A stretch of 64,000 bases of DNA. Origin: an uncultured Gammaproteobacteria bacterium. Lineage in GTDB: Bacteria; Patescibacteriota; Microgenomatia; Levybacterales; UBA12049. Below the pieces are notes generated by a model, which was not told where the DNA came from, searched no databases, and saw only the letters and a list, made by a program, of their open reading frames with translations. Location of the stretch: the NCBI GenBank assembly GCA_964497535.1, contig CAZCCG010000001.1, positions 2,688 to 66,687 of the forward strand. The letters are read 5' to 3'. Position numbers and translations under genes: made by a program. Every line of letters begins with the position of its first letter. Positions within the stretch are counted from its first letter, which is position 1. Shown piece by piece: positions 48,725 through 56,888 of this stretch.

Positions 48725-51091
48725 TTATAATCGAGCACGTTGTCCTATTTCTGCTTCGACCACGTGTACATCGCGGCCGTATTTGAGGCGGGAAAGCTCT
48801 TTGACGAGCTCGGAGACTCTCAAGTTCATCATAGATTTCTCAACAGCAACATCTTTGGTAGTATCCAGAGAAAAGGGAGGTACCGGTTCTCCCCCCACAA
48901 TAGTACGCACATAACAATTATACTTATCGACATTAATCAAATCTGCTTCGGTAAATACTGGCGTGAATTCATGCTGCAAATAGTTGGCATCAGTCACACC
49001 TACACGGAATGACGCAATCGTACCAACGTTTCCAAAAATAGCGTTTTTGACCTCTTCATCCATTTGTCCGATAAATTGGTTGGCAACAATCAACGACAAA
49101 CGGTATTTTCGGGCTTCAGATAGTATTTGGGCAAAATCAGGAGTCGCAAAGTTTTGAAACTCATCAACATAGAGAAAGAAATCACGCCGCAGCTCTTTGG
49201 CCATTGTCTGCCGGCTCATAGCAGCCACCAAAATCTGCGGTACGATAATAAGACCCAGGAAGTTGGAGTTCTCTTCCCCGATTTTACCTTTTGATAAATC
49301 AATGAGAAGAATTTTTCCCTCATCCATAGCTTTTCGCGCGTTAAACGCGCTTTCCGATTGTCCAATAATATTTCGAATCATTTTGTTGGTAACAAAGCGG
49401 CCGAATTTGGAGACGATATAATCCAACACTTCGGATTTATGAAAATCAGAGGTTTGGGCAATCTGATCTGTCCAGTACCTTCGAATAACCGGATCTTCTA
49501 CTTTTGGCAATAACTCTTGCACAAAGTTTTGATCTGTTAATGCCCGCACTACTTCCATAAATGTCGCGCCCGGTTCATACATACAGGTAAGCATGGCATT
49601 TCGCACTGCGTGTTCAAAACGGGGTCCAATAATACCGGTCTTATTTGGATCAAAGAGCTTGTACATAAGCCCAATGACTGAAGACACTACCAAATGTTTC
49701 TGTTGCTCAGTCTCGCCATAGAGCATGTTCATACCCAATGGCCGCTGTGTATCTGAAGGATCAAAAAGAATGACGTCTTCTGCCCGATTTGGCGGCATCA
49801 GCCGCAATATATCTTCAATCAAATCACCATGAGGATCAATAACAGCCAATCCCTCGCCTGCTTTGATGTCTTGCATAATCATTGATTTCAAAAGCTCTGA
49901 TTTCCCCGTACCGGTCTTTCCAATGATATACATATGCCGCATACGATCCTCTCGTTCAATATATACGGGTTTTGAAACACCTCGAAAGACACTATTTCCC
50001 AAAAAAGTACCGCTTGTTGGCAATTTTGCAGGAGCGGGAGCCCGTTTGGAGTCGACCCAATGAATCCCGGGGGTAGTAACGCTTTTATTGGGTAAGTGGA
50101 ACAATGTTGCTAATTCTTCTGAAGATAAGATACTTTTGCCACCAAACAGGGGCATATACCGATATAAAAAGTCCTGCATAAACATATTTCTGGTAAAAAA
50201 GTATGATTTATGCTTGGTAAATGAATTGAGTCCTTCAAATTGAGCAAATGCACTTCGAATATTATGCAAATGTGCTTCCGCTGCCTCAGTACTGCTGGAG
50301 GAGACAACAATACGAATAACCGATTTAAATCCTGGTTTTGAAGTTTTGTTGTCAACCCCTTCTAATTCTTTTTGGTCTGTCGAGTAACTTGCTTTTTCAG
50401 GATTTGATTCATTCTTTTTAGTCTTGGCGAGATATTTTTTCCCAATTTTTTTCCAGGATGAATCTGCAGGCTCCAACATAATCTGAATTGCAGCCCCCTC
50501 CCCCGGAGACATTTTTGCCAATACTGAAGTTATAGAAGCCAAAGGATCAGTTGGTAAGTCTTTAAAAACCTTGATTGGCAAATAGTTGGATGATTTCAGT
50601 GTTAACGTAATAAAAGCAACCTTCCCTGTTTCAGAAAAAATATTGTATTCATTACCTACAATATTTTCTATTTTTTGCCGGGAATGTTTGGGGTCGACAA
50701 TAGTAATATCTGCCTCAGGATATGCTCCGTTGATTTGTTTTTCTACCAAATCACGATATTTATTGGGAGTATGAACATAGAAGCGGATATCCCCCGGCAT
50801 ACCGACAATTTCAAAAGAAAGTGTCGGCTGAGAACGAAAAAAATCAAGATTACCGGTCCTACGAAGAGATGAAAGGCTGGCAAACATCTGTTCGGCCGCA
50901 TCAATTTTGATCTCGTTATTGCGAGGAACAGCAATCTGCAGAAGTGTTGAGTTAAGCGCGTCTGATTCTCGTCCCCGATTTCTATACCATAACAGCAATA
51001 GACGCCCCAACAGGAACAAGAATCCTGCACCGAATAGAAGTCCCACAAGACTTACTAACAGTACCAAAAGTGATGATGTAATATCTGTCAT
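48725..51091 (-). CDS. TraG/VirB4/HerA-like P-loop ATPase with N-terminal TM
   Basis: HMYIIGKTGTGKS, IDPHGD, YVDEFQNF, LSEARKY, GNVGT. Confidence 0.88.
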   Translation of the reverse strand: MTDITSSLLVLLVSLVGLLFGAGFLFLLGRLLLLWYRNRGRESDALNSTLLQIAVPRNNEIKIDAAEQMFASLSSLRRTGNLDFFRSQPTLSFEIVGMPGDIRFYVHTPNKYRDLVEKQINGAYPEADITIVDPKHSRQKIENIVGNEYNIFSETGKVAFITLTLKSSNYLPIKVFKDLPTDPLASITSVLAKMSPGEGAAIQIMLEPADSSWKKIGKKYLAKTKKNESNPEKASYSTDQKELEGVDNKTSKPGFKSVIRIVVSSSSTEAAEAHLHNIRSAFAQFEGLNSFTKHKSYFFTRNMFMQDFLYRYMPLFGGKSILSSEELATLFHLPNKSVTTPGIHWVDSKRAPAPAKLPTSGTFLGNSVFRGVSKPVYIEREDRMRHMYIIGKTGTGKSELLKSMIMQDIKAGEGLAVIDPHGDLIEDILRLMPPNRAEDVILFDPSDTQRPLGMNMLYGETEQQKHLVVSSVIGLMYKLFDPNKTGIIGPRFEHAVRNAMLTCMYEPGATFMEVVRALTDQNFVQELLPKVEDPVIRRYWTDQIAQTSDFHKSEVLDYIVSKFGRFVTNKMIRNIIGQSESAFNARKAMDEGKILLIDLSKGKIGEENSNFLGLIIVPQILVAAMSRQTMAKELRRDFFLYVDEFQNFATPDFAQILSEARKYRLSLIVANQFIGQMDEEVKNAIFGNVGTIASFRVGVTDANYLQHEFTPVFTEADLINVDKYNCYVRTIVGGEPVPPFSLDTTKDVAVEKSMMNLRVSELVKELSRLKYGRDVHVVEAEIGQRARL

Positions 51092-51097
51092 AGGCAG

Positions 51098-51619
51098 TTA
51101 TGCGGCTTTTTTTTGGGATATATCAAATTGCCGAAATAATTTCCGAATGAGGGTACCCAACCACAATTTAGAATCGGCTGTGTTTCTATCCGTTTTAATC
51201 ACTGTCTCAGCCTGTTGAAGTGTCATGGGAGTAGGAAACGGCATATTCACCAACCCACTTGGCTCTGTGGCAACCGGCGTTACTTCTTTGGCATGGGTTA
51301 ACCCTGCTTGTTTATCATCATAGGTAAGGCTGGGAACTTCATGATTTGGGCTCACCTCTACTCCGGCTTCTTTTACCTCAGGGTGCAATTGAGGCTCTGC
51401 TTCAGATGGCCGAATCAATGACTCCGAAGGTTTGCTGATATCGATAGAAATTGGTGCAGCTTCTTTATTGGAACCCCCTGCTACCCCAACAGGAGCACTT
51501 GGCGCTTGAGGCGTAGCTACCGGCTCTGCCACAGACGCCCCCTGACCAGATGAAGCATTTTGCTGGCTGAGTGGAGCAGTTTGTGATGGTTGCATAGCGG
51601 CTTGGTCAGAAGCATCCAT
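51098..51619 (-). CDS. low-complexity hypothetical protein
   Basis: Pro/Ala/Ser-rich 173-aa ORF co-oriented with the ATPase. Confidence 0.7.
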   Translation of the reverse strand: MDASDQAAMQPSQTAPLSQQNASSGQGASVAEPVATPQAPSAPVGVAGGSNKEAAPISIDISKPSESLIRPSEAEPQLHPEVKEAGVEVSPNHEVPSLTYDDKQAGLTHAKEVTPVATEPSGLVNMPFPTPMTLQQAETVIKTDRNTADSKLWLGTLIRKLFRQFDISQKKAA

Positions 51620-51683
51620 ATAGGTTAATCATAGCATGAAAGAAGAATTACAACAAACAAACTGATCGGGTAACAACAAGAGT

Positions 51684-52562
51684 TTATGCAGCTTTCTTTT
51701 CTTCTTTTTTATCTTTTTTCCCTTTGCAGATACACTTATATTCTTTTTTATTCCCTCCACAAACATCACATTTTTCAATCTTTCTTTCCACATTACCAAA
51801 AAGAGCAGGCCCAACAACCAACCGCTGATAGGGTTCTAAAGAAGGAAGACTATGTGATATCTGAGCAGCTTCTGCTTCTTTCAGCTCAAAAAATCGTGCA
51901 CAACTTGCAGCACAATCTGCAACAGTTGGACCCTGATCAACAATAACCATTGTCACATCTACATTTTCTCTACATTGCCGAACAATTTCTCCTACCTGCT
52001 CTTTATGAGCTTCGTCCTTTGGTAACTCTAACAGATTAAATTTGCGGGTCTTTCCCATATCCCATCCTAACACTTCCCCATCTTGATATTCATATGCACC
52101 TTGATAAATATGCCCTCCATCTGCAACTTTTGCTCTGGGCGTATCTGCAAAAAGACTTTCAAAATGATTGTTCTGAATTGTGGGCGCTTCTTCAAACAAT
52201 GATGGCAGTGTATTATAATATTTAACCATTGATTGACTCTCATGATCAGGATGGTCGGATGTTAGAACATTGCGAGGAACACTAATCAGCCTATCAAGTA
52301 CATCCATATTAAGCCCCGGTTGTGCTAAAACTTTTAAATCTCCATTTGCAAATGATGTAGGTTGTGCATAAGGATCTTCAGGGTTTAAGATTCCGGTCAT
52401 CATCTTATCTGTCATTTCATGTGATATATCCCGTGGAAGAGGATAAGAAATATAGGAAATATTATTCCCTTGCTTTTGAATGATCTGAATAAATGCTCCA
52501 TAATCCGGACTCATCGGTTCGGCTTCTTTTATTGGGTTTGGTGCGAATTCTAGTCTTGGCAT
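51684..52562 (-). CDS. hypothetical protein with C-terminal Cys cluster
   Basis: 292-aa ORF; CAASC, CDVC...CIC. Confidence 0.65.
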   Translation of the reverse strand: MPRLEFAPNPIKEAEPMSPDYGAFIQIIQKQGNNISYISYPLPRDISHEMTDKMMTGILNPEDPYAQPTSFANGDLKVLAQPGLNMDVLDRLISVPRNVLTSDHPDHESQSMVKYYNTLPSLFEEAPTIQNNHFESLFADTPRAKVADGGHIYQGAYEYQDGEVLGWDMGKTRKFNLLELPKDEAHKEQVGEIVRQCRENVDVTMVIVDQGPTVADCAASCARFFELKEAEAAQISHSLPSLEPYQRLVVGPALFGNVERKIEKCDVCGGNKKEYKCICKGKKDKKEEKKAA

Positions 52563-52765
52563 AATTAGTTTATGGCGCGTGGCTCGTAGCGTATGGAAAT
52601 TTCTATGTGCTATATCCTATAACCTATGCGCTCCTCTCCTCCTGTTTTTCTGTATATGGACAATTGCGACAATTATTATTACAGCAAAATCCTCTTTTTT
52701 GCAAGAATAATTTAGTAAATACTACCATCCCATTCTCATCGATAGTATACTCTTGTTCATCTCCA

Positions 52766-53365
52766 TTATTCATGGGTTCTCCATTCTATTTCTTTTTTCT
52801 TTTCTCTCATATTTACATAGCGAGCCATGGTAAATAGTACATCTGCCAAACGGTTCAGATATGCGACAATCTGCTCTTCTACCGCTTCTCCTTCAAATAA
52901 ATTAATTACTCTTCGTTCTGCCCTGCGGCAAATAGAGCGGGCCAGATGCACCGACGAACCCGCAACCGAACCGCTGGGCAAAATAAAAGAATGCATTGGC
53001 TTGAGTTTTTCAGTAAGTTCATCAATCGTCTGTTCCAATTCTTTGACACGCTTTTTTAAATATGATGGCAAGGTTTTGTGGATCTCCATTCCCTTGGTCA
53101 CATGAGTATCATGAGGGGTTGCCAACACTGCACCGATTTCAAATAAATCCTTTTGTATCTGATCCAATTCATTTTTGAAGTTCTTCTTATATTTTTGGTT
53201 TTTAACTCTCGAGTTTTGGATTTGTGCACTGGCAAAACCCAATGCGCTATTGAGTTCATCAACAGTCCCAACAGCGTCAATTCGCCCGGAGCTTTTTGAG
53301 ATTCTCTTGCCTCCAAACAGTGATGTTTCTCCCCTGTCTCCAGTACGTGTATAGATTTTACTCAT
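52766..53365 (-). CDS. pduO: cob(I)alamin adenosyltransferase, PduO-type
   Basis: KIYTRTGDRGET, GTVDELNS, CRRAER, YLNRLAD; SD AAGGAGG before ATG 53365. Confidence 0.94.
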   Translation of the reverse strand: MSKIYTRTGDRGETSLFGGKRISKSSGRIDAVGTVDELNSALGFASAQIQNSRVKNQKYKKNFKNELDQIQKDLFEIGAVLATPHDTHVTKGMEIHKTLPSYLKKRVKELEQTIDELTEKLKPMHSFILPSGSVAGSSVHLARSICRRAERRVINLFEGEAVEEQIVAYLNRLADVLFTMARYVNMREKKKEIEWRTHE

Positions 53366-53404
53366 AAAAAATCCTCCTTGTTTCAGAACCCAAGAAGGAT
53401 GTGC

Positions 53405-53567
53405 GCACAAAAAAAATCCTGCTCGGGAACATCCACCAGCTGGCGGAAAAAGTATAGTTTTCTGGCTTTCCCTTCAATTCACTCAGGTAAAGGAAAATTT
53501 ATCCTGAGCTTGTCGAAGGACAGTAGCGGCACTGCCATGGATTTGCACCATGATTGCCTATACTTCC
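53405..53567 (-). ncRNA. cobalamin riboswitch
   Basis: minus strand AAGUAUAG-GCAAU-CAUGGUGCAAAUCCAUG-GCAGUGCCGCUACUGU...AAGCCAGAAAA-CUAUACUU, followed by hairpin CCGCCAGCUGGUGG; upstream of pduO. Confidence 0.85.
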
Positions 53568-53863
53568 AATTTTTTATACTACGCTCTTTCTTTTTTGCAA
53601 TCAATACCCTATAACAAATTGCCTCTGTGAAGTAACTGGAGTATAATAGCTAGATTCAAAGTTGATCAAATCACTATTTGCGATCTGATTTTCTTTGAAA
53701 TCAGTACCTTAACATGTATGGAATAAATACCCTTTTTTCTCGGCAGAGACCACAGGAATGACAGTATCACCGATACTCTTTCTTTGGTCTTTGCTAAGAG
53801 GAGGGCAAAGGAAGAAACGGTAGACAATGCATCCATTACGCAACTCTCATAAGAGAAGGAGCT

Positions 53864-54022
53864 ATGGGTCAACAAGAAATCATCCACTGTGGCCAGTGCG
53901 GGACACCCATTCACATAACTAACCTTAAGCAAGTTCCACGAGCTGAAGGGATAGAGCTGAAATGCCCCGTCTGCCACGGTACACCCATAGTCAAACCCTA
54001 CTGTGAGTCTCGCGACAATTAG
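53864..54022 (+). CDS. 52-aa zinc-ribbon microprotein (below the ORF-track cutoff)
   Basis: SD AAGGAG; MGQQEIIHCGQCGTPIHITNLKQVPRAEGIELKCPVCHGTPIVKPYCESRDN. Confidence 0.7.
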   Translation: MGQQEIIHCGQCGTPIHITNLKQVPRAEGIELKCPVCHGTPIVKPYCESRDN

Positions 54023-54032
54023 GGGAGTCCTG

Positions 54033-54317
54033 ATGGATCAGATTCCACCTCTCTGTGGCATCGAACGATGCAAACCTAGGGGTAGAAAGTTCAAAGTGGT
54101 CGTTATCAACCAGCACGCGCTGGGTGATGAAGCCATCACGAGGGCACTCTCACATCAACAGGGAAACTACAACCATCCTTTGGATATTACATCTCTGCGG
54201 GAACTCAGCAAAGAGAACGCAGAAGCATGGTGCGCCATGATAAATGACGTGCATCAGAAACTGGTAGCCTTCATCACACCGCCCGAGAACAAGAAGACAG
54301 TTGCACAGGAGGCATGA
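54033..54317 (+). CDS. orphan protein
   Basis: SD GGGGAG before ATG 54033; abuts fabI. Confidence 0.55.
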   Translation: MDQIPPLCGIERCKPRGRKFKVVVINQHALGDEAITRALSHQQGNYNHPLDITSLRELSKENAEAWCAMINDVHQKLVAFITPPENKKTVAQEA

Positions 54318-54318
54318 T

Positions 54319-55128
54319 ATGCAACTTCTCGATGGGAAAACTGCTCTGATCTTTGGCGTTGCCAACGAGCGTAGTTTGGCCTGGGGCATCGCACAGGCGC
54401 TTGCCGCCCAGGGTGCAATGTTGGCGTTTACTTACGCAGCAGACGCGCTGGAGAAGCGGGTTCGCCCGCTAGCTGCTCAGGTCGGTTCCCACTTCGTCGA
54501 GCGCTGCGACGTTCAAGATGACACCGAGCTGGATACGGTATTCCGTCGCTTCGGCGAAGAATATTATCCACGGCTCGATATCCTTGTTCATGCAGTTGCG
54601 TTTGCAAAGCGAGAAGAACTCGCTGGACGCTACGTAGATACCTCCCGTGAGGGATTCCAATTGGCCCTCGACGTAAGTGCCTACTCCCTGGTGGCACTTG
54701 CTAAACGAGCTGCGCCGCTGATGGCAGGCACCAACCCGAGCATCCTGACGCTGACCTACGACGGCTCGCAACGCACGTATCCCAACTATAACGTGATGGG
54801 AGTGGCAAAAGCCGCTCTTGAGGCGAGTGTGCGATACCTCGCCCGAGATTTGAGCCCGGATGGTATTCGGATCAACGCAATCTCCGCTGGTCCAGTTCGG
54901 ACACTTGCATCATCTGGAATCCGTGGATTCCACTGGATTCTGGATCATGGTGCAGAACGAGCACCGCTACGTCGTAACATCGGACAAAGTGATGTCGGGG
55001 ATGCCGCTGTCTACCTCAGCTCTGACCTGGCCCGTAATGTCACAGGTCACGTGTTGTATGTTGATGCCGGTTCTCACATTGTTGGCGCAGAGCTAGGTGC
55101 CAGCGAGCGGGAAACTGCTGGCGACTAA
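54319..55128 (+). CDS. fabI: enoyl-ACP reductase
   Basis: GVANERSLAWGIA, CDV, YNVMGVAKAALE, NAISAGPVRTLA; SD AGGAGG. Confidence 0.95.
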   Translation: MQLLDGKTALIFGVANERSLAWGIAQALAAQGAMLAFTYAADALEKRVRPLAAQVGSHFVERCDVQDDTELDTVFRRFGEEYYPRLDILVHAVAFAKREELAGRYVDTSREGFQLALDVSAYSLVALAKRAAPLMAGTNPSILTLTYDGSQRTYPNYNVMGVAKAALEASVRYLARDLSPDGIRINAISAGPVRTLASSGIRGFHWILDHGAERAPLRRNIGQSDVGDAAVYLSSDLARNVTGHVLYVDAGSHIVGAELGASERETAGD

Positions 55129-55147
55129 TCCATTCCACACATCCTAT

Positions 55148-55192
55148 CAGGGCGAGAGGGTGCAATCTTGTACTCTCCGCCCTGTAATTTTT
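55148..55192 (+). terminator. hairpin after fabI
   Basis: CAGGGCG-AGAG...CTCT-C-CGCCCTG followed by TAATTTTT. Confidence 0.65.
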
Positions 55193-55462
55193 ACTTTTCA
55201 GCATTGGTTCGCGTAACGATCCGCGTAGTTCAGCGGTATTTTTGCGTTCTCTCTTCTTTTCCTCTATAATTCCAAACGAAGAATAATTCAGTTCCTTGTA
55301 GACTGTTGTTTTTCGCACATTTACATGTCTGCGCAAAAAAATCTTTGTTACAGAAGCAACGGCTATGGGAAGATAACTCCTTATCTTTCTGTAGGCTTTG
55401 CTTCTTCCTTCTTGGGTGCAACCCAAGAAAAATAACAGAGAAGCACGTCAGAAAGGGAACCC

Positions 55463-55915
55463 ATGAAATACAAAAGGCTTGTGAGTATTGTAGGAAACGG
55501 GATGCTGATGGTGGCGGGTCTTGGGCTTATGACAATCCCCACCAACATGCTGGTAATCATTCTGGGGATATCAGTCTATTCTATCGGAGTACTACAGTTC
55601 ATACAAGCACTTCGGCCCAGACCCCTGGTGAGACACTATGTCACCGACTTTGGTTATCGACTCGAGTTCTACCGACAAGCAGAGCTCTGGATATTTCGAC
55701 TTCAAAGGAAAAGGGGGAACAGACGTTTTAACCAATGGTATACCATCAGTCAATCCAGCTATTCTCCCCCCTTGACTCCCACGGGACTACACAGTCTGTA
55801 CGAACAGATATATAGAGGAGTGGATGCGGGATATGACCTGGAAGCAGGACGCCTCTGGAACCATATGCTGACATACCTGCACGGGCATCAACTCTTGGTA
55901 GGAGAATCTGCGTAA
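55463..55915 (+). CDS. orphan with two N-terminal TM helices
   Basis: SD-like AAAGGGA; hydrophobic N-terminus. Confidence 0.6.
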   Translation: MKYKRLVSIVGNGMLMVAGLGLMTIPTNMLVIILGISVYSIGVLQFIQALRPRPLVRHYVTDFGYRLEFYRQAELWIFRLQRKRGNRRFNQWYTISQSSYSPPLTPTGLHSLYEQIYRGVDAGYDLEAGRLWNHMLTYLHGHQLLVGESA

Positions 55916-55928
55916 GAAAGGACTGACT

Positions 55929-56531
55929 ATGCGTATCGCAGTCTTGTCTGAGGAACCCATCACTGAGTTCCCCCAGGAGGAGGGATTCGAGTGGACACGC
56001 GTCGGTCTCGACCCAGCAACCTGGTCACCCGGAAAATTCGATTGCTTCGTAGTGAAAAGCCCATACAGGAAACTCTTTATCCAGGAAGTAACCAAGAGGT
56101 GGAAATCCCGGAGCGATTTCCCTGCAGCTCCTTACCTTATGGTGTCACGCCGAGGACGGGTTCCCAAGGATTACCGCGACGGGTTCGACGGGTATGTGGT
56201 AAAACTACAGGAACTTGTAGAGTTTGCAGGAGCCATCAGCGACCGCAAGAGAGACTACGCCAACCGTAACAGAGTAGACACCCGACCTCCGTTGGAGCCT
56301 CCCCCTGTAGGTGAGAATCTATCCTGTTCCGAGTGCGGCCTGCTTCTGCGTACGACCGATCACGAAAAAGAGGGAGAGGACTATACCCCGTTCGTAGAAG
56401 AACGAACCCGGGGATGGGAAATCCCTTGTCCGGGATGCCACAACCCCCTGCGTATCTACGAATCGGTTACTGGACCCATACCCGAGTGGCAACCCCTCGT
56501 GGATGAGGCAGACTTGGGACGAGGCGTCTAG
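55929..56531 (+). CDS. orphan: receiver-like alpha/beta N-terminus plus C-terminal zinc ribbon
   Basis: SD AAAGGA; MRIAVL...FDCFVV...PYLMVS...GFDGYVVK; CSEC...CPGC. Confidence 0.65.
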   Translation: MRIAVLSEEPITEFPQEEGFEWTRVGLDPATWSPGKFDCFVVKSPYRKLFIQEVTKRWKSRSDFPAAPYLMVSRRGRVPKDYRDGFDGYVVKLQELVEFAGAISDRKRDYANRNRVDTRPPLEPPPVGENLSCSECGLLLRTTDHEKEGEDYTPFVEERTRGWEIPCPGCHNPLRIYESVTGPIPEWQPLVDEADLGRGV

Positions 56532-56556
56532 TACCACGCGCAGACACACCACACCA

Positions 56557-56583
56557 GGGCGGTCGAGTCTGACTCGACCGCCC
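56557..56583 (+). repeat. perfect 13-1-13 palindrome (CGAGTCTGACTCG family)
   Basis: GGGCGGTCGAGTC-T-GACTCGACCGCCC. Confidence 0.9.
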
Positions 56584-56630
56584 CCAAACATCCTCTACTA
56601 AATGCACCCATTGAAAGCTAAAATATGAAG

Positions 56631-56757
56631 TTCGGTTATCGGTTCTCAGTCTTCGGTTTTCAGATAAAGGTTCTTCAGTTTTCTGTTTATCAGTTAGAAC
56701 CGAAAGACCGATCACTGGTAAACTTCGCTCCGACAACTGACAACAGAGAACTGATAA
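56631..56757. repeat. family A heptamer inverted-repeat element, copy 3
   Basis: first 24 nt TTCGGTTATCGGTTCTCAGTCTTC identical to copy 1. Confidence 0.85.
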
Positions 56758-56822
56758 GTGGAATAGATCCGCGTAAATCCGCTCTAAATCCGTGAAAATC
56801 AATTGAGGTATTGAAGAAATTG

Positions 56823-56870
56823 AACTATACGCCACCAGCCTCGCCAGACGCGAGTCTAGGCGGGAACGCT
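56823..56870 (+). repeat. left arm of 48-bp inverted repeat flanking nrdR-nrdJ
   Basis: AACTATACGCCACCAGCCTCGCCAGACGCGAGTCTAGGCGGGAACGCT; 47/48 identical to the reverse complement of 59806-59853. Confidence 0.95.
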
Positions 56871-56888
56871 TCTAACTAAACACTCCGG

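Noticed and set aside
48725-51091. conjugative element suggested by the TraG/VirB4-like ATPase
   Set aside because: No relaxase or other T4SS genes; such ATPases are common chromosomal genes in CPR.
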